Of a stretch of DNA of 56,658 nucleotides, positions 1 to 12,800 are shown one piece after another. A program made the position numbers and the translations under genes. The notes under the pieces are model-generated. The model saw only the letters and a program-made list of their open reading frames with translations. It made no database searches and had not been told where the DNA came from. Origin of the DNA: Macrostomum lignano. Taxonomy: Eukaryota. Within the stretch, counting starts at the first letter, position 1. Each line of letters starts with the position of its first letter. The DNA lies in assembly GCA_002269645.1 (NCBI GenBank), contig NIVC01003289.1:1-56658 (forward strand), given 5' to 3'.

Positions 1-1217
1 CCAGCGCCAATTCGATCTCGGCCAGACTCGCTGAACAAATTCAGGGCTGAAAATCAGCCCCAACCAGTTTTACTGCGGCATTCAGCCAATTTGTCTACTG
101 TTAGTAGTTTGACTGACAAAGATGCAAACTGCTCGTCAAACTTTCACAGCTGACCAAATCAGCACTAATTGGGCCAGCTGGAGTTTCCAGTCCCTGACAA
201 ATGGCATCAAGTACGCTCGCACTCAGCGGTCAAGCACAGAGTTTGTAGCCTCCACATCTATCTATATGAGGCGGTTCATTGTCGCTTGTTAGAAGAGGGT
301 CTGAGGGGTGCTGAGTGAGCTGAGTTGACTATCATAATGAGGTCAGGGCTGAGAGGCACTTTGCCTTGCGACTGATTCTACACCCTTTCCCTTGATAGAC
401 ATTCTCTCCGCCGCTTGAGTGGAAGACTTTGCATTGTCCTGTGGTCATTGTGGCCAGAATCCACTGCGCCGCTGTGCTGCCAGTGTGCACCGCCGCTGCC
501 GTGCAGCTCTGATGCAGAAGAATGCTTTGCTCAGGGCGTGTCTCTCTCTCTGCGTGGGCGCCCCGTGTGCGGCTGGGCCTCGCATTTCTTCACTGTCTTA
601 GTTCGCTATAAAAATTGCACATTCGCCATTTCTTCTGCCTGTTTTAAATCTGCTCGCAGCTGCTTTCTGACGTCAGCTGAGTTTTAAATTGGCAGCTCAA
701 GTCCTTGACATCAGCGACAGCCAGCACTTCTGCAGTTGCAGTTCCCTGAGCTGCGTCCGTCGGCATCAGTTCAACATGTTGAGTCGTCTGTTGGACGCAA
801 CGCCATTTCGTAAGTGCAGCAGCAAAGTGCCTTAGAAAAATTTGTTGTAAAATATCCAACTCTTCTGGACTCGAGCAGCCAAGGGCTCGACCTAATCTTT
901 ATTCCTAATCTTTAAAAATGTCCCTCTGAGTATTTGTCATTGCGCTGAAGGTCTCGAAGGTCCGTTGTCCAAGCGATGATGATAGACAACCGGTTCAGAT
1001 CCGAACCCGTGTACGAGCTAGCTTTGACACCTTAGAAGACTTATCCGAATTCTTTAACTGAACAATTTTCTAATAAAAATCTCACGTTTATTAAAGGAAT
1101 CATTGACAATCGCTAGCATCTGAGTATTGTAGACTTGAAAGTTGCTTGAACCAAACTAAGGATTACTCGGAACATTTCACTGTATTGTGTCTGCATTCAG
1201 AAAGGAAACTTTTTTAA

Positions 1218-4200
1218 ATGTTGGAAAAACTAGTGAGTGCTGTAACCGCTACAGCCCAAATGTTGCCGATAGTGGCAAATCATTTACGAATCATGTACGA
1301 ATCATGTACGAATCATGTACGGTCCAAATGGCTCGCAGGTCGTCCCCGGCCGCCGGAGGAAGCGCAGCTGGAGGAATCTGACGGTTCGGAGGCAGAGGCG
1401 GACGCTGCGGAAGAAGAGGAATTCAGAGATTCCGCAGACGAAATTTCGCTGGACGAAGAGGAGGCGGAGGCTGCCCGACAAAAGCTGGGCTCCTTGGACT
1501 TCCGCCAAAACGAACTTATGGACGGCGATCAGGTTTCACTTGACGACAACGCCAGCGCCTTCAGTGGCAGCGGACTGGATGAAGCAATGGATGAAGAGGC
1601 GTCTGCAGTGGCCTTCGCAGCCTGGGAGTCGAGGGACCGACAGCCTCTGCTGGCGGCTGCGGCGGCTGCGGCGAGCGACACGAGCGGTGACATCGATCTA
1701 GAGGAGGATGACAACGAGGAGGAAGAAGACTTCGCCCTCGCTTTGGTGGCGGCGACTTTATCGGCAGCTACCGTGGTGGCTTCAGCAGCGGCCTCGGCGG
1801 CGGATTCTCCGGTCCTGCAGGCGTTTTCAACCCGGGCTTCGTTGATGACGAGATCGGAGGGATGGGGCGCGGCAGCAGGCGCAGAGGCTGACGATGAAGA
1901 GCAGTTCCCAGATGGCGAGGAAAATTTTGACGAGGCGGAGGAGTACCAAGAAGACGAGGAGGAGGAGGAATACGATGAAGATGGCGACGCGGACTTTGAG
2001 GGGGAAGACGAGGACGACGACGAGGATGAGGGCTGCTTCGGGGCGGATGCGATTTCAGCTGGTGCTGGAACCAGTCTGGTATGGGTCGAAAGAGGGTTCT
2101 TTATCACGGATTGCACGCATGTCCCCATTGTGCACATGTCCCATCGCTCATACGAGCCGCATGTCCGCTAATAGCACAGATCCAAAATCGCAAGCATAAC
2201 CGCAACTTAACTTCCTTCAGAACGAGGCGCCAGCCCAGCGGCCAATGCCAAAAATCGTTGGGTATCTGGAAGCCGAGATGAAGCACGAGGCCAAAAGCCA
2301 GAGTCTCAACGTGCGCATTCTGCAGGTGGAGCTGAAAATGGCACTCACAAAGTTTCGCCGCAAAAGCAACAAGAAGATGCGCTGGTCGATGCTGCAAGTC
2401 TGCGCCACCCTGCTCCCTGACAAAGTGCTCACTTTCCGCACTCCCATGGTGGAGCACGAGGACCCGAAGAAAAAGAAGCTTCAGACTCTGACGGCAGCCA
2501 CCGCCGCTGCAGAAGCCCGAGACAAAGAGGGCGAGGTGGACAAGAGTAAGGACGGCGGCCAGGACAAGGAAAAGAAGTCTAAGGACAAGGACAAGAAGAA
2601 GGACAAGAAAAAGGATGAGGCTACAAAAGCCGAGGCCGGCAAGTCGGGCGATACAGCAAAGCAGGCGGTGAAGATAAGCCAGGCTGCCTGGCAAGTCTAA
2701 GCCCAAGAAGAGGTCGCGGCGGGCGCCAGCGGAGAGGAACAGCAAGAAGTCGGTGCTGGCGGGCATCGCGGCGCGGAAGGCGGCGCAGCAGCAGCAGCAG
2801 CAGGAGCGGCGGGAGCAGCACCGGCAGCAGCAGCTGGCCATGAAGGAGCGGCAGAGGCAGGAGCGGCTGAAGCGGCGGCAGGTGGCGGCGGATGCCAATA
2901 AGCCAATGGACGAGCCGCTGAAGGACGTGACGAAGTTCGGGAAGGAGGAGACCGAAGAGGAGAAGGCAGCCAAGAAGGCGGGCTTGAAGCAGCCACAGGA
3001 GGACGACGACAAGGATTTGTTCAAATTTGCACCGATCTCTAAAGGTGAGAACTGAGTGCTCCTGGCGTCAGGGACTGGGCAGTCTTAACAGTAGAAAGAC
3101 TTTGGGGGTGTATTTCAAATACACATTTTTCTTTGACAATACACACATTTGAAATACACACATATACAGTACACACATTTGCTGGAACTAGAGCAATGCA
3201 GGTTTGAAATCCAGCATTTGGGAGCTGGGACAGGGGCAGTGCGGATTTGGAGCTTGTTCAGCACACCTTACAATAAAAAAGAGCAAACAATCCACTCTGC
3301 AGAGAAGAACCTAGTCAAGAACCCTCAGCAAGCGCTGGCCATTCGTTTCCGGCTGTATGGTTGCTGGCGAAAGAAGCGTAGCTTTCTGCTCGGTGAAAAC
3401 ACATTTGCTCTGGAGAAGATGGCGGAGGCGCTGCAGACCTCAGACAAGGTGAGACAGAACCGTTTCCGGCTGCTGCTGGAGGAGCGCCGGTTCGCAATTT
3501 CCAAGGTGAGGCAGAGGAAAATCCTGCTAGAATGTTTTTACACGCGAGTAAAAAAGCGTTTTACCGTGCTGACTTGATCCTCCAATTTTGAATTGCAGCT
3601 GAAGCATCTGTCAGACTCTGATGTGAGTTCTATACCAAAGAAAATTGCATTTTTACAAAGCTTTTTGCGGTAGTTACATGTATAGCTTGAATTTCCCCAC
3701 AATGCAAAGCCAAGGGTCCTGCTGGTGGTCCTTGTGCGAAGCCAGTGTGATGGCAATTTACCACTGCGTACACAATTGCGATGCCTACTGCCTGTCTTGG
3801 AAGTAGCTTTTTATGAGCTACCATGTAAATTAAAAAACTCACAGCTCAGCAATCGTGCGCGAGCCCCAAATAAAGGAATTCTCGGCGCAAAGCTCGGGTG
3901 CCGCTCCACCACTCCTTGCTCTTAAATTTGAGATTGAAGCGTAGATTGTAAAGCCCGAGACTTCCAGCTAAATTCCTAGCGGTTCAAGGACACACTGAAT
4001 GTCAGGATAAAGGCAGAGCCGGAAGCCAATTGTTTTTGTTGCAGGAAGAGCTTGAGCAGCAAAAGGCGTCTGCCAAGGCACAGAAGAAGTCGGCAAAGGA
4101 TTCGGTCGACGCGCTGCTGCTGCCGCCTCCAACGGAGGGCCCGGCACTGGTGAGCCAGCCAGAGCTGTTCCTGGGCCTGGCGTACAACCAGGTGAACGGC

Positions 4201-4836
4201 CACCTCCAAGTGGCCATTGTGAAGGCCTGCAACCTGCGAAACCCGAAGTCGGACCGGCCTCCGAGTGAGTTGTTGATACGAGTAGATATGTTGACCAACA
4301 TCTTCTGTAATTTCGATGGCACAAGTTGATGCCAGCTCTAATGCTGACGGGTTGGGAGCTTTTAACAGGCAATTCACAAAAACACGCGCCGTCCATCCCG
4401 CAGCCGCGTTCACGAAGGTGCAGCTGCTGTGGGGTCTCAGCAAGGATAGCCCCGTGTTGTTCCGCTCCAAGACGCTGTCCATCCCGGATAGCCCCAACCC
4501 GGAGTGGTACGAAACTTTTGAGTATCCGGTGAGCCGCGCCCACCTTGACGACGTCTCCGTGATGGTGAAGGTGTACTGCAAGCACACCCTGAGCCGAACA
4601 GTCACTATTGGCTGGTGCACGGTCGGTAAGTACAGCTGGGCCTACTGCAAAATAGCATTGGTTCAGCCGTCATGAAGCTGCATGAACACCTTGCCCTCAG
4701 GCCGGAACAACTGCAGCGAGGAGGCTCTGGATCACTGGGCGACATGCGCGACTCAAAAGGCGAACAGATCTGCAACTGGCACGTGCTGCTCAAGGTCAGC
4801 AAGGAGAAGACCGAGGGACAGCTGGACAGCGACTGA
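1218..4836 (+). CDS. SYT14/16-like: Synaptotagmin-14/16-like tandem C2 domain protein with acidic N-terminus (spliced; true start uncertain)
   Basis: Phase-compatible exons: ~1218-2078, 2221-3044, 3303-3505, 4045-4264, 4404-4625, 4701-4836. C2A motifs are VGYLEAEMKHEAKSQSLNVRI..LQVCATLLP, DLFKF and AIRFRLYGCWRKK..LGE. C2B motifs are PELFLGLAYNQVNGHLQVAIVKACNL, TAFTKVQLL, PNPEWYETFEY, IGWCTVGRNNCSEEALDHW and DSKGEQICNWHVLL. These match the SYT14/16 signature as I recall it. Frame breaks at ~2665-2695 and 4737-4739. No transmembrane exon seen in the window. Confidence 0.82.
1285..1321. repeat. 11-bp tandem repeat (tacgaatcatg) x3
   Basis: Three exact consecutive copies plus a partial fourth. 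Confidence 0.9.
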
Positions 4837-6527
4837 GGCCGCCATGCAGCTCAGAGTCGCTTTTGAGACCGCCTGACTAAGGGGAATACGAGCTAAGTCT
4901 ACCTGGGAAGCAAAAAGCCAACCTGCAGCGCTCCCAGAAGTTACGAGGCGCTACAGTAAAATGCCCAGGGAGTTTAAATTTTTTTCCGAGATGTTCGACG
5001 GTATTTTGCTATTGCGTTTCTAATGCGACTCTGAGGCGCCTCCAGAGCTCAAGCAGACAGAGAATAAAGTGTTTAAGATGCCGCTCAAATGCCCAAACTG
5101 TCTAGCTCGTACCCAAAAGAAACCAGTTAACTTAAAAAAATCCGACAGCAATCACAAAAGACTCGATTGCATTTTGCTGTACAACGGAAATAACTAAAAG
5201 CAAACAATCACAACACAATGCAAATGAGACCGGGGTCCCCATGAATATGCAGTGTAGCATCGGTGAGGGAATTTTCCCCCAAGTTGCAAGGTGTAACCCA
5301 AGCAGAAGTAAAATACTTGTACAAAATGCAGTTCCGCATAGCTGATAACGTACATAAAAATTTACCCTGTAACATGCGCGCTTAAATAAACCTGCAAATC
5401 TACTTGTCCCACAAAATCAGCAACACAGCAATTACGAAAGGGCTGACTGTGAATTTGAATTTGGCATTGAGCCACCAAAGCGCAAGGACCTCCAGCTGAG
5501 ATGCAGCACTGAATAAGTCTTCAAAAAAGCGGCGCGAGCATTTCTGGAAGAACAGACTGCGCCAAGCCTATCAGAATGCTTTCTGGCTGAACTGGCGCCT
5601 AAAAGTTTTATATTTAATCAGAATACAAATCGAACGAACGAAGCCTAAGTACGCTAATTACTACTTTCAGTAGGGTTTATTTATTGATATAAGAAAAAAC
5701 TGTAAGGGCTTTTTTATCATGGGATAAGAAACACTGGACACAACAAATACAAGTCAGCGTTCGAACGATCCATCGAAAGAGAAATTAAAAGTGCACGAAT
5801 TGCTAATCAGGTAGACAGAGAAAACGCTTTGGAGACATCACTACTGTAACAATGGGGTGCAGCAAAATACAGAAATTCTATAAACTCTTCTAAATTCGAA
5901 AACTCGCCCACAGCCAGTCATAGAAAAGAATCCCCAATTGTCTGCAGCCAGCAGCAATGGTTGAATAGCTGGAATGCCAGCGCCTTGCAGTAGCGGCTAT
6001 GGGCGAGCAGAACACAAAAGCTGGCAATGCAGTTTGCAAACACGCAAGCAGGTGCAAAAGAGTTTGCAGTCTCAGATTACAGGCAGTTACTCTCAGTAGC
6101 GAGTCAGATGTAAGCAGATACAAGAATGAAATCGTTGTGGAGCCTGCAGCCTGCAACTAGCTGGTATGTGGCAAATGGAGCACTTGCGCTCATCTAATTG
6201 TCATCTGGTTGAGAAGCGAAAGACAGAAGATTGCCGGTGCGATCCGAAATCAGAGGGGCCGCAACAGTGACTCGCGTGTTTCACTGGACAGGCATCAATT
6301 GCGGGCTGAGTCTCACTAATCAGAATGAGCATGGCAGAGTAAAAACAAGCAGATAATAAGCATTCGTATGGGCGCCAACTGTCCGTTGCCACGGTGACCA
6401 CCGCAACACCTAGAAATTGAAAATGGAAATAGTCTGTAGGATTGCAGATTACCCACTGCGCAATTGCAAATCCACTATTTCAACACAGCCTCAAATACCC
6501 AGCTTAGTTGGTTTCCAACTGCTCTAG

Positions 6528-6690
6528 CACGGGTCCCAGCCACTTCAGCACGGGTCTGTCACTTCAGCACGGGTCCCAGCCACTTCAGCACGGGTCCCAG
6601 CCACTTCAGTACGGGTCTGTCACTTCAGCACGGGTCCCAGCTACTTCAGCACGGATCTCAGCCTCTTCAGCACGGGTCCGAGCCACTTCT
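6528..6690. repeat. 18-21-bp minisatellite (cttcagcacgggtcccagcca) just downstream of the SLC25A46 stop codon
   Basis: About 8 degenerate direct copies. Confidence 0.85.
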
Positions 6691-6805
6691 ATCGGGGCCT
6701 TAACTACTTCAGTGGGTGTCAGCTACTTTGGTGGGAGTGTCAGCCGTCCTCTCTCCACAACGAAACTCCCCGAGTCGATGGCTCACCGACAGAAGCTCAG
6801 GTGGG

Positions 6806-9800
6806 CTACTGTGCAGGAAAACCGGCGGCGACCTCATCAACATCGGAGAAGATGCTGCGGCTGCTAGTGGACTCCGAGTCAGGGTCCGTCGGGCCACCGA
6901 CGCCCACGCGGTCACTGCCGCCGGCCCAGGCGGTCACCAGCCGCTCGTACGACATCTTGGCGGCGCGCAGCAGGCAGAGATGGGCGCCAAACTGCAGCAG
7001 AAGGGCGCCAAAGCCGCGATAGAGGCTGACAGGCGACTCCAGGCGGACGGTGGTGACAAAGGCGTCCAGCAGGCCGGTGTGGGTGGTGCTGAGGGAGGCC
7101 ACGCCGAGGCCGGTGTCCATGTTGTCGATGAGGGTGCGGGTGCCCTGCACGCACAGCCGGTGTGTGAGGGTCTCCAGCGGGAACAGCAGCAGGTCGGAGA
7201 GCAGGGCGCCAACAAAGCTGCTGAGCAGCTCGGGGTAGAAGCGCTCGTACAGCTCGGTGTCCACCTGGGGGGGGGCAGTTGGATGACCTTGGTGTGACGA
7301 ATTAGCCAGGCTTACGGATTCAAACAATTAGAAGGCACCGACAACTGACTGTCAGCCAGCTAAGCACCAGGGACCTCTGAATATTTGGACTGGGAGTCCA
7401 TAATCTCACGAAAAGAGGCCAGCTTGAATTCCAAAATTACGCAATGAATACGGCGATAACTACATCGAGTTACTTGTACCATCACGCATGGCGATAACTA
7501 CATTAAGTACTTTTACTATCACGCATGGCGATAACTACATCGAGTTACTTGTACCATCACGCATGGCGATAACTACATTGAGTTACTTGTACCATCACGC
7601 ATGGGGATAACTACATTGAGTTACTTGTACCATCACGCATGGGGATAACTACATTGAGTTACTTGTACCATCACGCATGGCGATAACTACATTGAGTTAC
7701 TTGTACCATCACGCATGGCGATAACTACATTAAGTACTTTTACCATCACGCATGGCGATAACTACATTGAGTTACTTGTACCATCACGCATGGGGATAAC
7801 TACATTGAGTTACTTGTACCATCACGCATGGCGATAACTACATTGAGTTACTTGTACCATCACGCATGGCGATAACTACATTGAGTTACTTGTACCATCA
7901 CGCATGGCGATAACTACATTAAGTACTTTTACCATCACGCATGGCGATAACTACATTAAGTACTTTTACCATCACGCATGGCGAAAACTACATTGAGTTA
8001 CTTGTACCATCACGCATGGCGATAACTACATTAAGTACTTTTACCATCACGCATGGCGATAACTACATTAAGTACTTTTACCATCACGCATGGCGATAAC
8101 TACATTGAGTTACTTGTACCATCACGCATGGCGATAACTACATTGAGTTACTTGTACCATCACGCATGGCGATAACTACATTAAGTACTTTTACCATCAC
8201 GCATGGCGATAACTACATTAAGTACTTTTACCATCACGCATGGCGATAACTACATTGAGTTACTTGTACCATCACGCATGGCGATAACTACATTGAGTTA
8301 CTTGTACCATCACGCATGGCGATAACTACATTGAGTTACTTTTACCATCACGCATGGCGATAACTACATTGAGTTACTTGTACCATCACGCATGGGGATA
8401 ACTACATCGAGTTACTTGTACCATCACGCATGGGGATAACTACATCGAGTTACTTGTACCATCACACATGGCGATAACTACATTGAGTTACTTGTACCAT
8501 CACGCATGGCGATAACTACATCGAGTTACTTGTACCATCACGCATGGCGATAACTACATCGAGTTACTTGTACCATCACGCATGGCGATAACTACATTGA
8601 GTTACTTGTACCATCACGCATGGGGATAACTACATCGAGTTACTTGTACCATCACACATGGCGATAACTACATTGAGTTACTTGTACCATCACGCATGGC
8701 GATAACTACATTAAGTACTTTTACCATCACGCATGGCGATAACTACATTGAGTACTTTTACCATCACGCATGGCGATAACTACATTGAGTACTTTTACCA
8801 TCACGCATGGCGATAACTACATTGAGTACTTTTACTATCGTGCATAGCGATACGAGCTAAATTAAAACTTCTTCAAAGTTTTGCCAGACAAATTATATCT
8901 AACTTTGGGAGCGATAATTCCAAGCGAATGCGGTCTATGAGCTTCTATGCACCATAAAAGCTTTACTTTAGGACTATTTGCTCTTGATGAAGCGATTGTT
9001 GAAACTACATGGCCAAGCTGAATGCCAGCTCCAACTTGCTGTCAGCATCATTTCCGCCCGCCTAATTCATCAAACCTGTGGATTAAATTCGGTACGTTGA
9101 GTCTGATGAGGGCGACGCACTACAAAGACAGCTGACTGGCATTCCCCATACAAATACCCCACAGTAACCTTCCCGCAAACAACGCTTCACTCCTGAAAGA
9201 GGCAGAATGGCAAGCTGGCCCTGCCACCTGGAATTCCAGGAATCGCCAGGGAATCCCAGGCTGTTGAGGATGCGGCAGAGGGACTGCAGGAGAGGCCCAG
9301 TCTCACCTCGGTGCTGCGCCCGCGGTAGCCCCTGTAGCGAGCGGCCCGGTCGGTGGAGCCGTCCCGCTCGGCCGAGCGCATCACGGCGTAGTTGGCGAGC
9401 GCCCGGATTGCGTAGGAGGCGGCCCCAGGCACACAACCGGCGGCACGAGCTTCCAGAACGGCAGCAGGTTAGAGGAGGCGGTCGGCGGGGTTGAGAACAC
9501 CAGCAGGCGGGCCAGGCCCTCCTTCAGGCAGTCCAGGACGCCCGGACTGTCCGAGGCGATGTCCGACTGCACAGTTTCCACCAGAGAGGCTGCGTAGAAT
9601 GGCGCCACGAGAGCCCAGGTGGCAGCCTTGAGGCAAAGGTGCTGAGCCAGCTTCTTTGCGGAGCTGTGCCGGTTCACCTCTCTGGTGGTGACGGAAAATC
9701 AATGCGCCGCTTAGAAGCTGGGCTACCAAATATGACCGTTTCTCTTGCTGTGAACCAATCACCTGCTAAGTAAGGGTATCACCTGCTAAGTAAGGGTATC

Positions 9801-12800
9801 ACCTGCTAAGTAAGGGTATCACCTGCTAAGTAAGGGTATCACCTGCTAAGTAAGGGTATCACCTGCTAAGTAAGGGTATCACCTGCTAAGTAAGGGTATC
9901 ACCTGCTAAGTAAGGGTATCACCTGCTAAGTAAGGGTATCACCTGCTAAGTAAGGGTATCACCTGCTAAGTAAGGGTATCACCTGCTAAGTAAGGGTATC
10001 ACCTGCTAAGTAAGGGTATCACCTGCTAAGTAAGGGTATCACCTGCTAAGTAAGGGTATCACCTGCTAAGTAAGGGTATCACCTGCTAAGGGTATCACCT
10101 GCTAAGTAAGGGTATCACCTGCTAAGTAAGGATATCACCTGCTAAGTAAGGGTATCACCTGCTAAGGGTATCACCTGCTAAGTAAGGGTATCACCTGCTA
10201 AGTAAGGATATCACCTGCTAAGTAAGGGTATCACCTGCTAAGGGAAGGGTATCACCTGCTAAGGGGAAGGGTATCACCTGCTAAGGGGAAGGGTATCACC
10301 TGCTAAAAGGGAAGGGTATCACTGTTAAGGGAAGGGTATCATCTGTTAAGGGAAGGGGGTATCATCTGCTAAAATCGATCACACACATACCGACATACCA
10401 TTTTAGTATATGGATTTAGTATATCTAGAAGTATCACGAGACTACGGACTTCAATCTAGTAGTACACTTATAGGAGCAATTGCATCAAGCGCTGCGATAG
10501 AAGTCAGCAGCGCCAAACTTACTTTGGAAAGTGCGTGATTTCACTGACAACATTCTCCGTGACCAGATGAAGGCCGCGCACTATGAAGACGCTACCAATG
10601 CCTTTCCATAGGCAGGCGATGCCCTGAGATGCGAGGGAGTAGGAAAACATCAGTGGGACGGCGGGTCAGCTGGCAGTGGGGACGGGGGGTCAGCTGGCAC
10701 TGGGTACGGTGGATCAGCTGGCACTGGGTACGGTGGATCAGCTGGCAGTGGGGACGGGGATCAGCTGGCAGTGGGGACGGGGATCAGCTGGCAGTGGGGA
10801 CGGGGGTCAGCTGGCACTGGGTACGGTGGATCAGCTGGCACTGAGTACGGTGGATCAGCTGGCAGTGGGGACGGGGGGTCAGCTGGCACTGGGTACGGTG
10901 GATCAGCTGGCAGTGGGGACGGGGATCAGCTGGCACTGGGGACGGGGGGTCAGCTGGCAGTGGGGACGGGGATCAGCTGGCACTGGGTACGGTGGATCAG
11001 CTGGCACTGGGGACGGGGATCAGCTGGAACTGGGGACGGTGGATCAGCTGGCAGTGGGGACGGTGGATCAGCTGGAACTGGGGACGCGGGTTAGCTGGCA
11101 AGCTGGTGAATTGGAGGACTAACAATGGAAAATGGCCTAGAACTAGAGTTTGAATGCACAAACCTGTGTCTTGTGCAGATTGTATATGACAGGTACAAGG
11201 CTGAATGGCAACAGGTGGTAGCTCTGGCCATCATTCATCACCTGCAATTTGGATCAGTATATGGATGCTGAATGAATTCAACAGATTACGAAGTCTACAT
11301 AAAAATGACATAAAAAACCAAAAGCACAAATAATGTAGGAGATTTAACTAAACAGGGAAATCTTACCTGACACTGCCGCCTGAGCACAATACATGGATGA
11401 GACAGCAGTGTTTCTGCAACCAGACTGTAATTAGAAATTGGCTCACAATTGATTACATTAGTACTGTTCTATTTGAAACAGTGAAAGTAAAAACAAACTG
11501 AAACAAACCTGGCAAAGCCAACTCCAAGTGAGGCATAGGACTGGTATTGCTCTAAATTAGGAAAGATAAAAGGTGGAGATAGCTTATTTATTGCTATTTA
11601 ATAAGATTATAAAAAACTACAATTAAATAAAAAACCATTTCCTACTCATTGATATTTTATGTCTATTTCAAGGCTTTTAGTTCCAAATCTAGTTAAGAGT
11701 AATTAATTCACTATAAAACTTATAGCATACAATTATTATAAACAATCTTTGTAATAAACTCATAAAATATACTTTGCCAATTACTATAAAAATTATTAAA
11801 GTCATACTATTAACATTTCTATTAAAAGAAAATGAAAATATCTAGAAATTACTCAATGCTAATGTTTTTAAAAGATGCATGCTTTTAGCACCTGGCATTT
11901 GGCTGCTCTACTTTGCTATTTGGTGCCCCAGTTTATGATGCCTAAATAAAAACTAATCTAAAAATAATAGAAAAATTCTCTAAAACACTTTTATTCACTT
12001 AATGAAACTGTTATCCATTTTGTTAAACTGGCATTCTTCCATTTTGAAAAATTCATTTCCTTAAATTTCATTAGCTGTATATAAAACTGTACAAAGCACG
12101 CATGCTAAAAAGACTTGTTAGGTAAAGATAAATCTATTGACAATGCTGACATATAGTTTGAATCAAAATTATGAATGTGAAAAATCTGTTTTAATACTTG
12201 TTTTTTTCCCAATAGCTAAGTAAAATAAATCAAGATGGATCATAATACTTGTCTGAAAAATTTGAATACATTTATGTAATAGTTTGCCATAATATACTTG
12301 AACTTTATATAATATTGTACGAGTACAAGGGGTGTTTCAAAAGTAACAAGAATTTTGTTATAACTTTTGATTGGATAAATGAATTTCCACCTAAAAATTT
12401 TACACATATGAACAACTAATAGCTTTATTTTAAGCCTAATATAGCTGCACACAACTGTATAATTGTAAATGAAAGATCATGCCTCAAAATTTTAAATTAC
12501 GATTTTTGTCTATGGCAAAAGTAACCAAGTTTGAACATGTTCATCAAGTCAAAAATCTGGCACCATTTTTCATTTCTTCAGCAATTTCAGTGAGCTCTAC
12601 AAAGCTGCCATTTATCTGGATACCCTTCCCACAGTGATGCACCAGTTTTGTTAATTTCCTTTTCCCAAAAAACTGCAACATTTTTGCACTATCCATAGTC
12701 TCAGTCGGAAAATTGAGCCACTTTCAAAGAATATTCTGTGGCCACATCAGTCAGAAATTGCAACTTTAACTAGGAATGCTATGCAGCTCAAAACTGCAAG

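Noticed and set aside
415-859. Short ORFs at the window start as exons of a neighbouring gene
   Set aside because: No recognisable motif and no consistent splice-phase chain.
5890-6401. Minus-strand ORFs between the SYT-like gene and SLC25A46
   Set aside because: No homology recognised. The position is compatible with 3' UTR or intergenic sequence of the convergent genes.
7452-8850. Regular 37/38-bp repeats (and the arrays at 34.8-38.7 kb and 56.0-56.7 kb) as a CRISPR array
   Set aside because: Units are contiguous with no unique spacers, there are no cas genes, and the context is a eukaryotic intron or intergenic region.
4737-9426. Calling the SYT14/16-like gene and SLC25A46 (and collagen, V-ATPase, TPST) pseudogenes because of frameshifts
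   Set aside because: Breaks sit at homopolymer runs in otherwise well-conserved, strongly codon-biased exons with intact splice sites. Sequencing error is the simpler explanation.
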